A stretch of 22,439 nucleotides of DNA from a virus. The stretch lies in the IMG/VR virus record IMGVR_UViG_3300031088_000759; one strand, given 5' to 3'. The notes beneath the pieces are model-generated. The model searched no databases. It worked only from the letters and a program-made list of their open reading frames with translations, and was not told where the DNA came from. Positions 17,437-22,439 of the stretch are shown here, piece after piece; positions within the stretch are counted from its first letter, which is position 1; each line of letters opens with the position of its first letter. A program made the translations under genes and the position numbers.

Positions 17437-18747
17437 TTATTTGAATTTTGGCAAATATGTTGATGGGAAAACAGGGTATCCAGACGCTTTGATAGCAAAT
17501 CTAGTATATGTTGTTACCTTCTCTACGTTCCATGTGCTCAAGTTTTGATTGAAGTTATTAGCCTCCCTGAACATATTATCCATTTTTGTTACATTACTTG
17601 TGTCCCATGAACTTATATCTTGATTAAACTTACTAGCATTTCGGAACATACTCGACATTTCTTTTACATTGCTTGTGTTCCAAGAACTGATATCCTGGTT
17701 AAAAGCAGTGTTGCCATAAAATAAATTATTCATATAGACAACATTTGAAGTGTCCCAATCAGCTATGTTTGAACCGTTAAAAGATGACCCGCTGAATGCA
17801 CTATTTAAGTTGATTACAGTTGAAGGGATTTCATTTGGCACGGATTCAATAACAGCTCCGAAGCTTAGTGTATCCACACCTGTGTTTAAACCAATCTTCT
17901 CAACATTTCGTAGGCATGACCCAAAAGTGAGGGTATTAGCTGTAAAGCTATTAAAGTTTCCATCAACTGTAACTTTATAAGAAACCCCTGCGTTCAGAGC
18001 AATTTCTTCAGATACATTGCCCATATAAGCAACATACGGCTCTCCCTTAGAACTAGGGGCATATACATTGTTTAAAGTATCTCGTAACTCTTCTTTTGTT
18101 TCGAACATTCCAGGACTTTGTTTATTGTATAAGTCAAATACATAATCTAAATAAGAAATTTGTTCAAGCTTTCTAAAAGTAGATGGTGAGTTGCTTTCTT
18201 GAATATGAACTTCTGCACCTGATTGAAGCCCCGAAACTGGCATGAGTCCACTAGTTGTACTATCACATCTTAAAGTAAAACTTGTTAAAGCATCTTGAAT
18301 AGGAGGAAGAGTAGTCCCATCTCCGGGGTCAGGTGTTTCGCCAGGATTAGTACCGTTAGAAGGCGCAATTGTCTTACTCTTATCACCCATAGAAGCAGTC
18401 ACTGTAATAACACCAGTTGTTTCATCTTTATCAATCGTTATTGTTATCTCACGAGTTCCAGCGTTGCTCTTTCCATCGGAACCTTTCGACTTACTTCTAT
18501 CATAATCGTCTTTTGCTTGTTTATATGTAGTCCTATCATTATCATCAACATCATAAGCCACAGCAGCATCGTACACCATTTGAGCAGCCTGATCCAAAGC
18601 AGCATCATCAGCATTGTCCTGCATAGAACCGTATGCTGATACTCCACCTACACTCAATATTAGAAGTATTCCTACTGCAATAACAAGCTCTAAAAGCGAG
18701 AAACCATCTTGATTTAAATCACTTCTTTCCATTAAAGAAGGCTTCAT
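17437..18747 (-). CDS. Type IV prepilin-like protein with C-terminal DUF285/BspA-type repeats
   Basis: Class III signal G|FSLLELVIAVGILLIL (Glu at +5), a P/G/T-rich linker and FNQDISSWxTSNV repeats. GGGAG RBS precedes ATG 18747. Confidence 0.85.
   Translation of the reverse strand: MKPSLMERSDLNQDGFSLLELVIAVGILLILSVGGVSAYGSMQDNADDAALDQAAQMVYDAAVAYDVDDNDRTTYKQAKDDYDRSKSKGSDGKSNAGTREITITIDKDETTGVITVTASMGDKSKTIAPSNGTNPGETPDPGDGTTLPPIQDALTSFTLRCDSTTSGLMPVSGLQSGAEVHIQESNSPSTFRKLEQISYLDYVFDLYNKQSPGMFETKEELRDTLNNVYAPSSKGEPYVAYMGNVSEEIALNAGVSYKVTVDGNFNSFTANTLTFGSCLRNVEKIGLNTGVDTLSFGAVIESVPNEIPSTVINLNSAFSGSSFNGSNIADWDTSNVVYMNNLFYGNTAFNQDISSWNTSNVKEMSSMFRNASKFNQDISSWDTSNVTKMDNMFREANNFNQNLSTWNVEKVTTYTRFAIKASGYPVFPSTYLPKFK
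17510..17781 (-). repeat. About 3.5 tandem DUF285 repeats (25 aa / 75 nt)
   Basis: Repeat-initial Phe codons begin at 17781, 17703, 17628 and 17553. Confidence 0.85.
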
Positions 18748-18792
18748 AGCAACATCTCCCATTAAAATTACGTAATATTTACTAAATATCAA

Positions 18793-18836
18793 AAAATTAC
18801 CCTACCTGCATGCTTAAAAACAGGTAGGATAATTTT
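18793..18836 (-). terminator. Intrinsic terminator
   Basis: 16-bp stem with one U-G pair on the minus strand and a U-tract, after the stop at 18848. Confidence 0.7.
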
Positions 18837-18847
18837 ATTTACGAATT

Positions 18848-19726
18848 TCAAGCAAATATATCTTCATCAATTTTTGTCTCAGCACGACGACGGCCAGCAC
18901 CAGGTTTAGCAAATTCAACTGCTTCAACATCTGCTCTATGCCTTGCTTTTTGGGCTTTTTCTAGCCCTTTGAAGTATTCATCAACAACTTCTGGGCTAAT
19001 TCTACCCTTGGTAGCCTCACTCAATTTAGTCAATTCAACAACAGCTTCTCTTTGTCGTTTTTGAGGGGAAGCTTCACGCAACGCTTTCAACGCTTCTTTC
19101 TGGTAAGAAGAAGCAGCACTCAAACGATTAGAACCTTCATTAACAGCTTCACGCAAACGATTACGAGATTTCTTTACGTGACCAATTCCATTATTAACTT
19201 TATTTTCAATCTTATCCTCGTATTTTTGAACAAAATTGATATAACCTGATTCAAGTTTCCTATACTTCTCGCGGTTAGTATTTACAAAATTCCTTGCTCT
19301 AAGGCGAGCAAAACGGTAGTTTCCAATTATGCGATTTTTGAACTGGTTTTTCTTCTTTTCGCTTTTCTCTACAAGATTTTGGACATCTTTCATGAGCATA
19401 TTAAAATCAGCTTTAGCTTGTTTAATCTCTGGGGATGCTTTTACTAATCTAACACGAGCTTTTAGTCTATTGTTAGTTTTATTTATTTTCTTTATGCCCC
19501 TGTCACGTGTAGTATAGTAAGCCTGATGGGCTTTTTGAACCGCTTTATCGCTTTTTGAGACTGTGAGTGTTTGCCCGTATTTTGTTGATTGTTCATCTTC
19601 ATATGCTTTTTGAGCTTCTTCAAAATTTGTATAATGTTCTCCACCTGCAAGAGCGTAAGGGCATTCTTGAACAGATGCTTTACATAAACGGGGACCATTC
19701 GGGCTGTTGTGGTATTTAGCTGCCAT
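18848..19726 (-). CDS. Basic, predicted helical protein with N-terminal HCCH module
   Basis: 292 aa. Starts KYH..GPRLCKA..CP..HY..EAQKAYE, followed by a K/R-rich body. AAGGA RBS. Confidence 0.85.
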   Translation of the reverse strand: MAAKYHNSPNGPRLCKASVQECPYALAGGEHYTNFEEAQKAYEDEQSTKYGQTLTVSKSDKAVQKAHQAYYTTRDRGIKKINKTNNRLKARVRLVKASPEIKQAKADFNMLMKDVQNLVEKSEKKKNQFKNRIIGNYRFARLRARNFVNTNREKYRKLESGYINFVQKYEDKIENKVNNGIGHVKKSRNRLREAVNEGSNRLSAASSYQKEALKALREASPQKRQREAVVELTKLSEATKGRISPEVVDEYFKGLEKAQKARHRADVEAVEFAKPGAGRRRAETKIDEDIFA

Positions 19727-19878
19727 ATTTTCATATCCTTGTAAATTGGTAATACAATCTTTAATAAGTTTCTAAACGAAAATGCTGATTTTTGAAGTTT
19801 ACATCATATATTTATTCAAAAACAACAACCATATATTACCAAAATATCTGGAAAACGCTTTCATTCAAGAAAAACAAA

Positions 19879-19921
19879 AGAAAACAACACTAATAAAACA
19901 ATACCATTAGTGTTGTTTTCT
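19879..19921 (-). terminator. Intrinsic terminator, 16-bp stem
   Basis: 19879-19894 / 19906-19921. Confidence 0.7.
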
Positions 19922-19949
19922 CATAAGAATATAAAAACTAAATTTTAAA

Positions 19950-20264
19950 TCAGATTTCTAGTTGTTCTAATACTTTGATTCTCCAAGAAAGGTATTCATG
20001 AATAAGTTCCATCATATTCTCGTCATCTACTACATAAGCCTCATCTTCATCATCATCAAGAGACAACACAAGATCACGTGTACTGAGAATATTGAAAGAT
20101 TGTCCAATTGCTTCAAAATAAATACCTACTAGCTTGTTGTCAGAAGCTAATATGACAGTAGCATCATCCATATAATAAGCATTATGCTCTTCCAGCTCAT
20201 CGGGAGCAAAGTTCCGTCTAACATTCTTTACAAACTGAACAACTAAATCTTTATCGACTTTCAT
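19950..20264 (-). CDS. Small acidic hypothetical protein
   Basis: 104 aa with GAAAGGTG RBS. Confidence 0.8.
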   Translation of the reverse strand: MKVDKDLVVQFVKNVRRNFAPDELEEHNAYYMDDATVILASDNKLVGIYFEAIGQSFNILSTRDLVLSLDDDEDEAYVVDDENMMELIHEYLSWRIKVLEQLEI

Positions 20265-20363
20265 TATACACCTTTCGTAAAATATTCTTTACATTCAATA
20301 TCACCAGAAATAGTCAATCGAAAAAACATTGATAATGAGCAAAGTTTATTCATCAATAGTGGA

Positions 20364-20681
20364 TCAAACATTGTGAACTGTTACAAAACTAACTGGAACA
20401 CCAAAAGTATAAGCAATATATTTGGTCAGTGTGTCCAGGGTTAAATCATAGTTATCTACGTTTTTCCGATACTCTTTTTCGTCGCTACTTTCCAGGAATT
20501 TAAACATGAACCCCATAAAAACAGGATCATTAGTCTCAAGGTAGCTTATTAGATTAATAGGATTCTTCATCATACAAGCAACATCAGACGACGAAATGAC
20601 ATTTTGCAGCTCATTGACATCAGAAACATTAAAACTAAGCATTACTTTTTCATTAATTTTTACTGTAACGATCATTCTCAA
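20364..20681 (-). CDS. Hypothetical protein
   Basis: 105 aa, AAGGA RBS, has its own promoter. Confidence 0.75.
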   Translation of the reverse strand: MRMIVTVKINEKVMLSFNVSDVNELQNVISSSDVACMMKNPINLISYLETNDPVFMGFMFKFLESSDEKEYRKNVDNYDLTLDTLTKYIAYTFGVPVSFVTVHNV

Positions 20682-20709
20682 TCCTTTTAGAAACTTAATG
20701 GTCTTAAAC

Positions 20710-20738
20710 AGGATATCATGATAAGTCTATATTGTCAA
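20710..20738 (-). promoter_or_regulatory. sigma70/SigA-type promoter
   Basis: TTGACA-N17-TATCCT with an extended TG. Confidence 0.65.
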
Positions 20739-20746
20739 GACAAAAA

Positions 20747-20788
20747 AGAAGAGGAAACAAGAACATATTAGCTCTTGTTTCCTCTTCT
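20747..20788 (-). terminator. Intrinsic terminator, 16-bp stem plus U-tract
   Basis: 20747-20762 / 20773-20788, after the stop at 20802. Confidence 0.8.
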
Positions 20789-20801
20789 CGTGTAAAACCT
20801 A

Positions 20802-21059
20802 TCAGAGATGGTTAATCATGAACTCATGGGCCTCAACATAAGTGCGAAGAGTAGCCTCAGACACCACACCATCACGATCAATAGCCTTAGCAAAATTCTT
20901 CATGCCAGAAGGCGAAACCATGATATAGCCAGCATCCTTTCCTCCGGCATACGTGAAATCATTGAAACTCAGCGACGAATCCCTCTCCTCAGAACGGAGA
21001 CCAGACTCAAAGACCTCAACACCCGACTTAGCAACAAAATCAGCACCGAACATTTTCAC
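20802..21059 (-). CDS. Small hypothetical protein
   Basis: 85 aa, GTG start with GAGG RBS, flanked by a promoter and a terminator. Confidence 0.8.
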   Translation of the reverse strand: MKMFGADFVAKSGVEVFESGLRSEERDSSLSFNDFTYAGGKDAGYIMVSPSGMKNFAKAIDRDGVVSEATLRTYVEAHEFMINHL

Positions 21060-21093
21060 AACCTCTTTCTCAACTTGTTCAACTTATATCTAT

Positions 21094-21122
21094 ACTATAC
21101 CACGGATCAAAAAACTTGTCAA
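21094..21122 (-). promoter_or_regulatory. sigma70/SigA-type promoter
   Basis: TTGACA-N17-TATAGT with an extended TG. Confidence 0.75.
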
Positions 21123-21290
21123 CAACTAAAAGAAAGCGAAAGCAAGTCTCATCAACTCTATTAATCCCGCTCCTTATTCCTGAAAAAGTCTTTCTTCAGT
21201 GTTTTATTATTAATGTTTGATAAGCTATTTCTTAGCGAACTGGAAGCTAAAACCAGCCCATTGAATATATAAAAATATAGGAGACTAAGA

Positions 21291-22109
21291 ATGAAAAACA
21301 AAAAATATGCCCAGTTAGACAATATTAGCGCTGTTTACGACGCTAAAACAAACTCTGTTTCATTAATAGGAAAACGTGGAAAGTTTGATAATGGCTTTAA
21401 AATCAGATTGAAACAAGGCAGTGTTGAAGATACACAAATTCGCAAAACGCTTTTCGAATCCGAAGCCCGAAAATTAGATTACACAAAAAATAACTTCTAT
21501 CCTGAAAACCTACCCCCAAGGATACATCAAATTCCGTTGGGAATCAACCAGGATAACGAAGAAGTTAGTTGGGACTTTACAAAAGACTTTAGCCATCTTT
21601 TAATAACCGGAAAAGTAGCTTCAGGAAAAACGCTATTGCTAAACCATATTAAAGAAATCTTGGAAGAATACTACGGCAACTATTCCAATGTATATTATTT
21701 TGATGAAAGTTTATTAAGACTAAACAGAGAAGCCGGAAGAGTACAACCAGCATTAGAAAATATTGCTGAAACTCTAAAAGTTAAAAGCAAAAACGGTGTG
21801 CCTACGTTTTTGTTGATAGACGAAATAGATTATGTTTACAATTACAATGATGATACAAAAAATATAATTGAATGGTTTTTACACACAGGACGTTCTTACA
21901 ACTTACATTTAATTCTTGCAAGCTATAATACAACCCACCTAAACAACGTGAGGAATCATTGTCAAGAAGTTTCTATGGACACTATTGCAGTTGACACTGA
22001 CAGTGTTTATGATTCAGACAGCTTTGTAAGACGCTATGGAATGTTGCTAAACAAGGATAGCACAGAAGTGTTTGTTTCTTATATTCCTAAAAGTTTCGAT
22101 AAGTGTTGA
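21291..22109 (+). CDS. FtsK/SpoIIIE-like P-loop ATPase domain protein (no TM)
   Basis: IPLG...V.WD..HLLITGKVASGKT (Walker A), LLIDE (Walker B), GRSYNLHLILA. AGGAG RBS. Confidence 0.75.
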   Translation: MKNKKYAQLDNISAVYDAKTNSVSLIGKRGKFDNGFKIRLKQGSVEDTQIRKTLFESEARKLDYTKNNFYPENLPPRIHQIPLGINQDNEEVSWDFTKDFSHLLITGKVASGKTLLLNHIKEILEEYYGNYSNVYYFDESLLRLNREAGRVQPALENIAETLKVKSKNGVPTFLLIDEIDYVYNYNDDTKNIIEWFLHTGRSYNLHLILASYNTTHLNNVRNHCQEVSMDTIAVDTDSVYDSDSFVRRYGMLLNKDSTEVFVSYIPKSFDKC

Positions 22110-22126
22110 TGAACGAATAAACGAAT

Positions 22127-22173
22127 AAAGATATCCCACACAGTTCAATTTGCTAACTGTGTGGGATATCTTT
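22127..22173. terminator. Bidirectional terminator-like hairpin, 19-bp perfect stem
   Basis: 22127-22145 / 22155-22173, between convergent genes. Confidence 0.8.
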
Positions 22174-22190
22174 TATTTTAACTTACAGTG

Positions 22191-22439
22191 TCAGCCTTCT
22201 TTGTTCTCAGCCGTTGCTCCATCTTCAAGAACTTTTACAAGCTCAGGGTTAGAACCGGGGAAACAACCGATAGGTGACTGTCCACTTTCCTCAATAATGT
22301 CAAGGCACTTAGAGATAAGAACTTCTTCACTAAGGCTTCCTTCAAGGATTCGGTTAGACTCAGCCTCAGCAGTAGAAGTGTCCTGCTTCTGCTCAGCAAC
22401 ACGAGTTCGGGCAATTTCTGACTGAAGAGATCGGAAGAG
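22191..22439 (-). CDS. C-terminus of a probable SPFH/band-7-like protein (5'-truncated; not in the ORF track)
   Basis: Open frame LFRSLQSEIARTRVAEQKQDTSTAEAESNRILEGSLSEEVLISKCLD...GCFPG...EG*. AEAExNRILxxSL resembles the SPFH coiled-coil tail. Confidence 0.6.
   Translation of the reverse strand, partial: LFRSLQSEIARTRVAEQKQDTSTAEAESNRILEGSLSEEVLISKCLDIIEESGQSPIGCFPGSNPELVKVLEDGATAENKEG

Noticed and set aside
1905-19734. Other short track ORFs nested in or antisense to longer genes (e.g. 1905, 2278, 2806, 3511, 3591, 8640, 9021, 9745, 11314, 12643, 16180, 17750, 18295, 19052, 19492)
   Set aside because: They overlap better-supported CDS and show no recognisable motifs.
20808-21164. 118-aa plus-strand ORF
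   Set aside because: Antisense to 20802..21059, which has a promoter, RBS and terminator.
22150-22425. 91-aa plus-strand ORF
   Set aside because: Starts inside a hairpin and is the shadow of the minus-strand SPFH-like C-terminus.
1-22439. Genome-wide TAG or TGA stop-codon reassignment
   Set aside because: Conserved genes (secY, Sir2, LDT) are full length under the standard code and coding density is high. TAG is merely rare.

Overview
AT-rich (roughly one-third GC, judged by eye), gene-dense DNA with about 30 mostly short, frequently strand-switching ORFs. It has no rRNA, tRNA, ribosomal-protein operon or transposase. It reads like a segment of a large phage or giant extrachromosomal element, and several families look actinobacterial (both inferences). 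Recognisable genes: a DUF1524-type HNH nuclease with a lipobox, an L,D-transpeptidase, a fused secE-secG translationally coupled to a divergent secY, a cysteine-free Sir2/CobB, a DUF418/DUF1624-type membrane acyltransferase, a type IV prepilin fused to DUF285/BspA repeats, an FtsK-like ATPase and the C-terminus of an SPFH-like protein. Main highlights: (1) a self-contained two-gene SecYEG translocon outside any housekeeping context; (2) four unrelated proteins share an N-terminal H-C-C-H module and all four have TTAGAAA about 50 nt upstream; (3) a perfect 55-bp inverted repeat flanks a 380-bp non-coding segment; (4) up to three promoter classes and unusually long terminator stems. Family calls come from recognising motifs by eye, not from database searches.
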